Source of the DNA: Candidatus Eiseniibacteriota bacterium | GTDB lineage: Bacteria; Eisenbacteria; RBG-16-71-46 | Assembly (NCBI GenBank): GCA_023249815.1 | Contig: JAHFBX010000002.1 | Coordinates: forward strand, 1-30,685 | Direction of reading: 5' to 3' | Length of the DNA stretch: 30,685 nt | Shown here: piece after piece, positions 16,089 to 23,338 of the stretch | Layout of the letters: every line of letters begins with the position of its first letter | Numbering within the stretch: the first letter of the stretch is position 1 | Notes under the pieces: generated by a model | The model's input: the letters and a program-made list of their open reading frames with translations, nothing else | Database searches by the model: none | What the model was told of the DNA's origin: nothing | Position numbers and translations under genes: made by a program

Positions 16089-16889
16089 TCACCGTCCGTC
16101 GCCGTCCAGCAGGTTCCCGAGCCCGCCGAGGATGGAGCCCTGCTCGCGGCCACCGCGGCCGGTCTGCGGCGCCGCGGCGAAGATACGGCTCGCCAGGCGC
16201 GAGAACGGCAGCGACTGCAGCCACACCCTGCCCGGGCCGCTCAGCACCGCGAAGAACAAGCCCTCGCCTCCGAACAGCATGGTCTTCACGCCGCCAGCCA
16301 GTTGGATGTCGTAGTCGATCGTGGGCTGCATGGCCACGATGCAGCCTGTGTCCACGCGCAGCGTCTCGCCGGGTGCCAACACGCGCTCCTCGAGCGTCCC
16401 GCCGGCATGCAGGAAGCACCAGCCGTCGCCATCGAGCTTCTGCAGGATGAAGCCCTCGCCGCCGAACAGACCGGCGCCGAAGCGGCGCGTGAACGCGATG
16501 CCTAGCGACACGCCCTTGGCGGCGACCAGGAACGAGTCCTTCTGCGCGAGCAGCTGGCCGCCGAGCTCCTTCAGGTGCAGCGCCACGATCTTTCCGGGGT
16601 AGGGCGCGGCGAACGCGGCCTTCTTCTTCCCCTGGCCCTGGTTCTGGAACACGGTCATGAACAGCGACTCGCCGGTCAACAGGCGCTTGCCGGCGCCGAG
16701 CAGCGCGGTCATGAAACCGCCCTGCTGCTGCGAACCGTCACCGAAGATGGTCTGCAGCGCGATGCCGTCCTCGAGATACATCATGGCGCCGGCTTCGCCG
16801 ACGACGGCCTCGGAAGGATCGAGTTCGATCTTCACGAACTGCATGTCGTCGCCGAGGATCTCGTACTCGATCTCGTGCATGGTGGGCAT
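16089..16889 (-). CDS. TIGR00266 / AIM24 family protein (266 aa)
   Basis: [86 protein letters not shown]. Confidence 0.92.
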   Translation of the reverse strand: MPTMHEIEYEILGDDMQFVKIELDPSEAVVGEAGAMMYLEDGIALQTIFGDGSQQQGGFMTALLGAGKRLLTGESLFMTVFQNQGQGKKKAAFAAPYPGKIVALHLKELGGQLLAQKDSFLVAAKGVSLGIAFTRRFGAGLFGGEGFILQKLDGDGWCFLHAGGTLEERVLAPGETLRVDTGCIVAMQPTIDYDIQLAGGVKTMLFGGEGLFFAVLSGPGRVWLQSLPFSRLASRIFAAAPQTGRGGREQGSILGGLGNLLDGDGR

Positions 16890-17054
16890 GTTGCTCGGTG
16901 CTCCTTTCTTACTGCAAGTCGCGCTGCTCGTGCGTACGCTTCTCTTCTATTCCGACTTCCTCTTCTGCACTCACCTGCGGGTCACGCGGGGCGAGGGGGC
17001 ATTCAAAGCCGTCTTCTCGAACTCGCCTGCGGCCGGCTGACGACCGCGAACACT

Positions 17055-17067
17055 CAAAGCCGCTTTG
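17055..17067. promoter_or_regulatory. Palindrome CAAAGC-c-GCTTTG in the mqnA/TIGR00266 intergenic region
   Basis: Perfect 6-bp inverted repeat. The sequence tcaaagccg recurs exactly 51 bp away (17003-17011 vs 17054-17062). Confidence 0.35.
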
Positions 17068-17124
17068 CGTGGTCGCCTCGCGGCTCAGAATACGTCTGCC
17101 GGGGCGGGCGGTTGCGGGAAACGG

Positions 17125-17916
17125 TCAGTCGGCGGCGAGTAGGTTGTGCTCGGCCAGGAGCTCGGCGAAGCGCTCCAGGCCCTGCAAGTCCTCGGGGCCG
17201 AAGCGGTAATGGAATCGGCGGAGGTAGCCCTCCATCTCGGCGGCGCTCCAGCCGGGACCCGTCTGGTGGCGGGCGATCTCCGGGAGCGAGGCCAACCCGG
17301 CGGCGAGCGACGCCTCGAGAAACGAGCGGAGCTCGTTCTTGATCACGGGATCCAGCGACGAGCGCACCACCCAGGTCGCGTAGACGAATGGCAGCCCGGT
17401 CCACTCCAGCCAGTCGGCACCCAAGTCGAGCGTGTGGACGAATCCATCGGGCGGGCGGTTGCGCGTACGCATGGCCTGGTCGCCGATCAGGAGCAGACCG
17501 TCGGCCTGGGCGGGCTCCAGGCCGCGCACGAACCGCAGGTTCGGAAGCCCGCGCTTCACCTGGAGCAGCAGCTTCAGGAGTCGGATGCTCGTGGAGGTCT
17601 CGGGTGTGACCGAGAGCAGCGCGCCGCCGAGCGCGCTCGCGGGCCGGCGCGAGAACAGGAGGACGCTCTGGACGGGTCCCCGCGCGGCAACACCCAGCGG
17701 CGCCAGCATGTCGAAGCGGTCACGCAGTCGCAGATAGTCGCCCGTGGCCATCAACCCCAAGTCGACGCTGCCGGCCTCGGCCTCGCGTCCCAGGTCGCGC
17801 GGCGAAAGGTTTCTCACCGCGAACGGCGCATCGGCCCACAGGGCGTAGAACGGCGCGGCGTTCGCATAAGGGATACGGGCCGCGACGGTGGCGGTGCCGG
17901 AGCGAATGGGATTCAT
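17125..17916 (-). CDS. mqnA: Chorismate dehydratase / futalosine-pathway MqnA (263 aa)
   Basis: IPYANAAPF, GPVQSVLL, TSTSIRLL, LLIGDQAM, DLGADWLEWTGLPFVYATW; in an operon with mqnE. Confidence 0.88.
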   Translation of the reverse strand: MNPIRSGTATVAARIPYANAAPFYALWADAPFAVRNLSPRDLGREAEAGSVDLGLMATGDYLRLRDRFDMLAPLGVAARGPVQSVLLFSRRPASALGGALLSVTPETSTSIRLLKLLLQVKRGLPNLRFVRGLEPAQADGLLLIGDQAMRTRNRPPDGFVHTLDLGADWLEWTGLPFVYATWVVRSSLDPVIKNELRSFLEASLAAGLASLPEIARHQTGPGWSAAEMEGYLRRFHYRFGPEDLQGLERFAELLAEHNLLAAD

Positions 17917-17929
17917 GAGTCGGACGAAG

Positions 17930-19501
17930 TTACTCCGCCTGCTTGAGCGCGTCGAGGAACGCGTCGCCATAACGCTTGAGCTTCACGGGTCCGACGCCCG
18001 GAACCTCCAGCAGCTCCTCGGCGCTTCGCGGCGCGCGCTCGGCCATGCCGCGCAGCGCGGCGTCGCTGAACACGATGTAGGCCGGGACGCCCTCGGCGTC
18101 GGCGAGCCGCTTGCGCACCGCGCGCAGCCGCTCGAAGCGCTCGCGGACCTCGTCCGACAGGGCTCCGCCGAGGCTGCTGGCGCTCCGGAGCCGGCCGGGG
18201 AGCGAGGCGGGCGTGCCGACCAGTGTCTCGATGCCCTCTCCCGAGCAAGCGTCGCACGCCGTGCCGCACGGCTCGAGTACTTCGTCGAAGTACGCGCACG
18301 CCGCCTGGTGGCGGCAACCGCCGCGTTCGAGCAGCCGGAATAGCTCGACGGTCTTCTTTCGCGTCTCGTCACGCAGCTCGGCGTCCTCGATGCCGCTCAG
18401 GAACGTGTCGTAGCCCATGACGTCGGCCCACGAGTAGTAGACGACGCAGTCGCTGGCGAGTCCGTCCCGCCCGGCGCGACCGATCTCCTGCACCCACGCC
18501 TCGATGCTCTTCGGCATGTCGCGGTGCACCACCAGGCGCACGTTGCTCTTGTCGATGCCCATCCCGAACGCCACCGTCGCGACGACGACGTCCACGTCGT
18601 CGCGCGCGAACGCGTCCTGGTGGCGCGCGCGCACGTCGTCCGCGAGCCCCGCGTGGTAGGCCGCGGCGCGGATGCCGTGCTCGGACAGGAACGCCGCGGT
18701 GGAATCCACGCTGCGCCGGCTCATGCAGTAGACGATGGCGCTCTCGCCGCGGCGCGCGCGCAGCAGCGCCAGCAGGTCGCGACGCACGTTGCGCGCCGGT
18801 GTCGCCGGCCCGTTCGTGTCGCGCCCGGCGCCCTTCTTGACGGCGGTGATGCGCAGGTTCGGGCGGAAGAACGAGCCCTTGAAGCCGTCCGGCTTGCGCA
18901 TGCCGAGTTGCCGGAGGATGTCACCCACCACCCGCCTCGTCGCGGTGGCGGTCAGCGCCAGCACCGGGATCTCGCCCAGCTCCTGCTTCAGGCCCGCGAG
19001 CTTCCGGTAGGCCGGCCGAAAATCATGCCCCCAGTGGCTGATGCAATGCGCCTCGTCCACGACCACGAGACTCACGGGGCAATCGGCGATGATGTTCCGA
19101 AGCGAGCCTTCGAGTGCCTCGGGCGCCAGGTAGAGGAGTTCGATCTCGCCGCGCCGGAACGCCGCAAGTCGCTCACGGCGCTCGTCGGGCGCGAGCGTCG
19201 AGTTCACCGTGGTGGCACGAAAGCCGAGCCGGACCAGCGCGTCCACTTGGTCCTTCATGAGCGAGATGAGCGGCGACACCACGAGGACCGCGCCGGGCAG
19301 CATGCGCGCCGGGATCTGGAACGTGAGCGACTTCCCGGCGCCGGTCGGCATGACACCGATGCAGTCGCGCCCCGCGAGCACGGCATCGATGATGCGCCGT
19401 TGCCCGGGCCGGAACTCGCGATATCCAAAGATGGCCTCGAGCACCTGCTGCGGGTCGGTGTAGCGCGCGCCGTGGAACAGGGGGGCGGTGGAGTCGAGCA
19501 T
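17930..19501 (-). CDS. recQ: RecQ-family DNA helicase with Zn-binding region and HRDC domain (523 aa)
   Basis: FGYREFRPGQ, MPTGAGKS, VDEAHCISHWGHDFRPAY, ATVAFGMGIDK, QEIGRAGRDG, CRHQ...CGTACDAC, HRDC motif GVPAYIVFSDAAL...GVGPVKLKRYG. Confidence 0.93.
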   Translation of the reverse strand: MLDSTAPLFHGARYTDPQQVLEAIFGYREFRPGQRRIIDAVLAGRDCIGVMPTGAGKSLTFQIPARMLPGAVLVVSPLISLMKDQVDALVRLGFRATTVNSTLAPDERRERLAAFRRGEIELLYLAPEALEGSLRNIIADCPVSLVVVDEAHCISHWGHDFRPAYRKLAGLKQELGEIPVLALTATATRRVVGDILRQLGMRKPDGFKGSFFRPNLRITAVKKGAGRDTNGPATPARNVRRDLLALLRARRGESAIVYCMSRRSVDSTAAFLSEHGIRAAAYHAGLADDVRARHQDAFARDDVDVVVATVAFGMGIDKSNVRLVVHRDMPKSIEAWVQEIGRAGRDGLASDCVVYYSWADVMGYDTFLSGIEDAELRDETRKKTVELFRLLERGGCRHQAACAYFDEVLEPCGTACDACSGEGIETLVGTPASLPGRLRSASSLGGALSDEVRERFERLRAVRKRLADAEGVPAYIVFSDAALRGMAERAPRSAEELLEVPGVGPVKLKRYGDAFLDALKQAE

Positions 19502-19535
19502 GAGGTCTTCCCTGGCCTAAGTGGGTGTGAGGCGC

Positions 19536-19919
19536 TCAGGGCCCCGGGGTCACGGTTGGCAGGCCGCGCTCGTTCCAGCCGCGCCAGCCGTCGTCGAGCG
19601 ACGTGACGTTCGTGTAGCCCATCTTCTGAAGGTTGTCCGCGGACAGCGAACTCCGATAGCCGCCGCCGCAGTAGAGAAGTATCGGGGCGTCCTTGTCGGG
19701 GATCGTGCGCTCGATCTCGCGCTCGAGGATCCCGCGACCCAGGTGATGCGCGCCGGGCAAGTGGCCGCGCGCCCACTCCGACTCCTCGCGCACGTCGAGC
19801 ACGATGTAGCGCTCGCCCGACTGGAGGCGCGCGAGGAACTCCTCGATCGTGAACCGGCGGACCCGCTGCCTCGCGTCCTCGACCAACCTGAGATAGCCGG
19901 GTGAATGCGCTTGCGCCAT
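19536..19919 (-). CDS. Single-domain rhodanese-like sulfurtransferase (127 aa)
   Basis: LDVREESEWARGHLPGA, active loop YCGGGYRS, LDDGWRGW. Confidence 0.88.
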   Translation of the reverse strand: MAQAHSPGYLRLVEDARQRVRRFTIEEFLARLQSGERYIVLDVREESEWARGHLPGAHHLGRGILEREIERTIPDKDAPILLYCGGGYRSSLSADNLQKMGYTNVTSLDDGWRGWNERGLPTVTPGP

Positions 19920-19924
19920 GGCGT

Positions 19925-21106
19925 TCACGCCGACGCCGCAGCAGCAGCCGCAGCGGCCGCCGCCGACGCGGCAGCCGACACGGCCGCCGCACGCGCCGGG
20001 GTCGCCGGCTCGTGCCGCGGATACTCGCGAACCACGCGATAGAGCGCGTCGCGCTGCACCGGGAGCTTCCCGGCCTCGCGGATCATCTGCACCATCGAAG
20101 CCTCCGCCATGCCCACCGGGCTCTTCGCGAGCGCCGCGTGCGCGATCCTCTCCTGGCCGATGGTGCCGTCCAGGTCGCTGGCGCCGAAATGCAGCGCCGC
20201 GGCGGCGGTGTCCTGCCCGAGCATGATCCAGTAGCCCTTCACGTGCGGGACGTTGTCGAACACCAGTCGCGACAGCGCGATGGTCTTGAGATCTTCGATC
20301 GCCGAGGCCTGCCGGCGCACGAGCCCGGTGACACCGGGCTGGAACGCGAGCGGAATGAACGCGAAGAACCCGGGCGCGCGCCGTTCGAGATCGCGCAGGT
20401 CGATCATGTGCTGGACGCGCTCGGCGCGCGTCTCGATGTGACCATAGAGGAGCGTGGAGTTGCTCGGGATGCCCATGCGGTGGGCGGTCTCGTGGATCTC
20501 GAGCCAGCGCTTGGCGCCGATCTTCTGCTGGAACAGCTCGCGCCGCACGCGCTCGCTGAACACCTCGGCGCCGCCGCCGGGCAGGGCATCGAGGCCCGCC
20601 GCCCGGAGCTCGCCCAGCACCCAGTCCGCCGGCTTCTTCGTGAGTCGGCAGAAGAAGTCGATCTCCACCGCAGTGTAGGCCTTCACCGACAGGTTGGGCT
20701 TCTTCTCCTTCACCCAGCGGATGATGTTCAGGTAGTCGTCGAACCGCCACTTGTTGTGGAGCCCGCCCACGATGTGGATCTCGGTGATCTCGGGGTCCAC
20801 GTGCTCCACGATCTGCTCGCGCGTCATGGTATACGAGCCGGGCGCGCCGGGCTTCTTGGCGTAGTCGCAGAACTTGCACGCGAGCACGCAAACGTTCGTG
20901 GGATTGAGCTGGCGGTTCACCGTGAAGTACACGCGGTCGCCGTGCCGGTCGCGCGCCACCGCGTGCGCCAGGCGCCCGAGCTCCATGACCGGCGCATCGA
21001 ACAACCGGACGCCGTCCTCCTGCGACAGGCTCTCCCCGGACTGTAGCTTGGCGCGCGCGGCCTCGACGGTGGCGTCGCGCAGTCGCAGTTCGGACACGTG
21101 GTTCAA
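19925..21106 (-). CDS. mqnE: Aminofutalosine (aminodeoxyfutalosine) synthase, radical SAM
   Basis: NRQLNPTNVCVLACKFC, EIHIVGGL, VKAYTAVEI, LPGGGAEVF, SNSTLLYGH, FIPLAFQP, HVKGYW, GASDLDGT. TTG start. Confidence 0.9.
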   Translation of the reverse strand: MNHVSELRLRDATVEAARAKLQSGESLSQEDGVRLFDAPVMELGRLAHAVARDRHGDRVYFTVNRQLNPTNVCVLACKFCDYAKKPGAPGSYTMTREQIVEHVDPEITEIHIVGGLHNKWRFDDYLNIIRWVKEKKPNLSVKAYTAVEIDFFCRLTKKPADWVLGELRAAGLDALPGGGAEVFSERVRRELFQQKIGAKRWLEIHETAHRMGIPSNSTLLYGHIETRAERVQHMIDLRDLERRAPGFFAFIPLAFQPGVTGLVRRQASAIEDLKTIALSRLVFDNVPHVKGYWIMLGQDTAAAALHFGASDLDGTIGQERIAHAALAKSPVGMAEASMVQMIREAGKLPVQRDALYRVVREYPRHEPATPARAAAVSAAASAAAAAAAAAASA

Positions 21107-21144
21107 GTCAGCCCTCGCGTGGGTGGGGTCGAGGAAGCCGCGAG

Positions 21145-21173
21145 AGTATACCGACGCTCGCGTGCATCGTCAC
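21145..21173 (-). promoter_or_regulatory. Sigma70-type promoter for the mqnE operon
   Basis: Minus strand GTGACG-N17-TATACT, about 40 nt upstream of the mqnE start. Confidence 0.55.
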
Positions 21174-21229
21174 ACCTCGGACGGCATCTGGAAGGTGCCC
21201 CGCCCGCCGCGAAACCGGCCCGGGCGTCA

Positions 21230-21238
21230 TGCTAAGGT
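21230..21238 (+). promoter_or_regulatory. Extended -10 element for the ABC transporter (divergent promoter)
   Basis: TG-c-TAAGGT (TGnTAnnnT), about 30 nt upstream of ATG 21270, with SD gaggag at 21258-21263. Confidence 0.4.
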
Positions 21239-21269
21239 GAACGCTCCGCCCCCTTGCGAGGAGTCCCGA

Positions 21270-23168
21270 ATGTCGTCTGCCGCTCCTGCCCGAGTCGCCG
21301 CCGTGCCGAAGAAGCCCAACGTGAGCCTGCGCGACGTGTGGCCCGATATCTGGGCGCTCGTGCGTCCCCGGCGCGCGATGATCGGCTTGGGCCTGCTGCT
21401 CATGGCGATCAATCGCGTGAGCGGACTCGTGCTGCCGTGGTCCACCAAGTCCTTGATCGACGACGTCATCGGGAAGCGCCAAGCCGAGCTGCTGTTTCCG
21501 TTGGTCGGCGGCGTGCTCATCGCCACGGTCATCCAAGGCATCACGTCGTTCACGCTCACGCAGCTCCTCTCCAAGGAGGCGCAGCGCCTGATCGCCGAGA
21601 TGCGCACGAAGGTGCAGGCGCACATCTCGCGGCTGCCGGTCTCCTATTACGACTCCAACAAGACCGGCGCGCTGGTGTCGCGCATCATGAACGACGTCGA
21701 GGGCGTTCGGAACCTGATCGGCACCGGGCTCGTGGAATTCGCGGGCGGCCTGCTCACCGCCATGCTCTCGCTCGGCGTGCTGTTGCGCATCAACGCGCTC
21801 ATGACGGTCATCACCGCCACCGTGCTCCTGAGTTTCACGTTCATCCTGAATCGCGCGTTCACGATCATGCGCCCGATCTTCCGTGAACGCGGCAAGATCG
21901 GCGCCGAGGTGCAGGGACGCCTCACGGAGTCGCTCGGCGCGGTGCGCACGGTGAAGGGCTATCACGCCGAGGAGCGCGAGCAGGGCGTGTTCGCGGCGGG
22001 GGTCAAGCGCCTGCTCGACAACGTGCTCGCCACGCTCACCGCGCAGTCCGTCATGCAGCTCTCGAGCTCGCTGCTGCTGGGATTGGTCGGCGCGATCATC
22101 ATGTTCGTGGGCACGCGCCACATCTTCAGCGGCCAGCTCACGCTCGGCGGCTATTTCACCTACACCATGTTCCTCGGTTTCCTGATCGCACCCATCTTCC
22201 AGATCGTCTCGATCGGAACGCAACTCACGGAATCGCTCGCCGGCCTCGAGCGCACGCGCGAGGTGCTGTCGGAATCGCCCGAGGACACCGACCCGCGCCG
22301 CACGGTCGCGCTGGGAGCGCTGCGCGGGGACGTGGTGTTCGAGCACGTGGACTTCGCGTACGAGGCCGACAAGCCGGTGTTGCGCGACATCTCGTTCCAG
22401 TCGCCCGCCGGCACGGTGACGGCGCTCGTGGGATCGTCTGGCTCGGGCAAGAGCACCATCATCGGGCTGATCGCCGCGTTCCACTCGCCCAATGCCGGCC
22501 GCGTCGCAGCGGATGGCGTGGACCTCACCACGGCGCGGCTCGATCACTATCGCACGCAACTCGGCGTCGTGCTCCAGGATACGTTCCTGTTCGCGGGGAC
22601 CATCCGCGAGAACGTGTCGTTCTCACGCCCGAACGCGACGGACTCGCAGATCCGCGAGGCGTGCCATATCGCGCGCGTGGACGAGTTCGCGGATCGCTTC
22701 CCGGACGGGCTCGACACCGTGGTCGGCGAGCGCGGCGTGAAGCTCTCCGGCGGCCAGCGCCAGCGCGTGAGCATCGCGCGCGCCATCCTGGCCGACCCGC
22801 GCATCCTGATCCTCGACGAAGCCACGTCGAGCCTGGACTCCGAGAGCGAGTCGCTCATCCAGGCCGGACTCCAGCACCTGATGCAGGGCCGCACCACGTT
22901 CGTGATCGCGCACCGCCTCTCGACCATCCGCCGCGCCGACCAGATCCTGGTCGTCGAGGATGGACGCATCGTCGAGCGCGGCAATCACGCTTCGCTGCAC
23001 GCCGCGAACGGTCGCTACCGCGACCTCTACGATCGCCAGCACGGGCTGGAGCAGAACCTGTTCCTGGCGCCGGGCGAGGGCGACAGCGCCCCCGAGGCCG
23101 AGGCCGGCGCCGCGGCGCGAGGCGGCACCGAACCCGGCATGCTCGACGTCATGCGCGGCGGGCGATAG
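21270..23168 (+). CDS. ABC exporter, fused TMD-NBD (MsbA/Sav1866-like; 632 aa)
   Basis: Six-TM N-terminal domain, Walker A GSSGSGKST, LSGGQRQR signature, ILILDEATSSLD, IAHRLST. Confidence 0.93.
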   Translation: MSSAAPARVAAVPKKPNVSLRDVWPDIWALVRPRRAMIGLGLLLMAINRVSGLVLPWSTKSLIDDVIGKRQAELLFPLVGGVLIATVIQGITSFTLTQLLSKEAQRLIAEMRTKVQAHISRLPVSYYDSNKTGALVSRIMNDVEGVRNLIGTGLVEFAGGLLTAMLSLGVLLRINALMTVITATVLLSFTFILNRAFTIMRPIFRERGKIGAEVQGRLTESLGAVRTVKGYHAEEREQGVFAAGVKRLLDNVLATLTAQSVMQLSSSLLLGLVGAIIMFVGTRHIFSGQLTLGGYFTYTMFLGFLIAPIFQIVSIGTQLTESLAGLERTREVLSESPEDTDPRRTVALGALRGDVVFEHVDFAYEADKPVLRDISFQSPAGTVTALVGSSGSGKSTIIGLIAAFHSPNAGRVAADGVDLTTARLDHYRTQLGVVLQDTFLFAGTIRENVSFSRPNATDSQIREACHIARVDEFADRFPDGLDTVVGERGVKLSGGQRQRVSIARAILADPRILILDEATSSLDSESESLIQAGLQHLMQGRTTFVIAHRLSTIRRADQILVVEDGRIVERGNHASLHAANGRYRDLYDRQHGLEQNLFLAPGEGDSAPEAEAGAAARGGTEPGMLDVMRGGR

Positions 23169-23246
23169 CGGATCGCCGTCCCCGCGCCGGGGGCGTGGGC
23201 CGGGGGCGGGGCCGAGCGCATTCCTCCTCTTCCTCCTGCGAACGAC

Positions 23247-23296
23247 CGAGCGCCCGAGCGCCCGAGCGCCCGAGTGCCCGAGCGCCCGAGCGCCCG
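23247..23296. repeat. Tandem 8-bp repeat (CGAGCGCC) x6, one copy CGAGTGCC
   Basis: Units start at 23247, 23255, 23263, 23271 (variant), 23279 and 23287; intergenic between convergent genes. Confidence 0.95.
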
Positions 23297-23338
23297 CAAC
23301 GGCATCCGAGCCGTGGCGGGCGTTGTTCGTTCGAGACA

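Noticed and set aside
17060-17095. GEMM-like fragment (gcc-GCGA-ggc...ACGCAAAGC) on the minus strand upstream of TIGR00266
   Set aside because: The P2 stem is too short, the 5' AAACC is missing and there is no matching 3' CAGCC/TGCC segment.
16909-17127. Frame stays open for about 70 codons past the mqnA TGA, ending at a TAA just before the next SD (possible selenocysteine or readthrough)
   Set aside because: MqnA is already complete at the TGA, the extension has no recognisable motif, I see no SECIS-like hairpin, and open frames of this length are common at this GC.
21169-21200. Fourth GTCACACC copy upstream of the ABC transporter
   Set aside because: No CGACGA at the 16-nt spacing. The same bases serve as the -35 of the opposite-strand mqnE promoter.
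23247-23296. Tandem repeat as a CRISPR array
   Set aside because: 8-bp head-to-tail units, no spacers, no cas genes.
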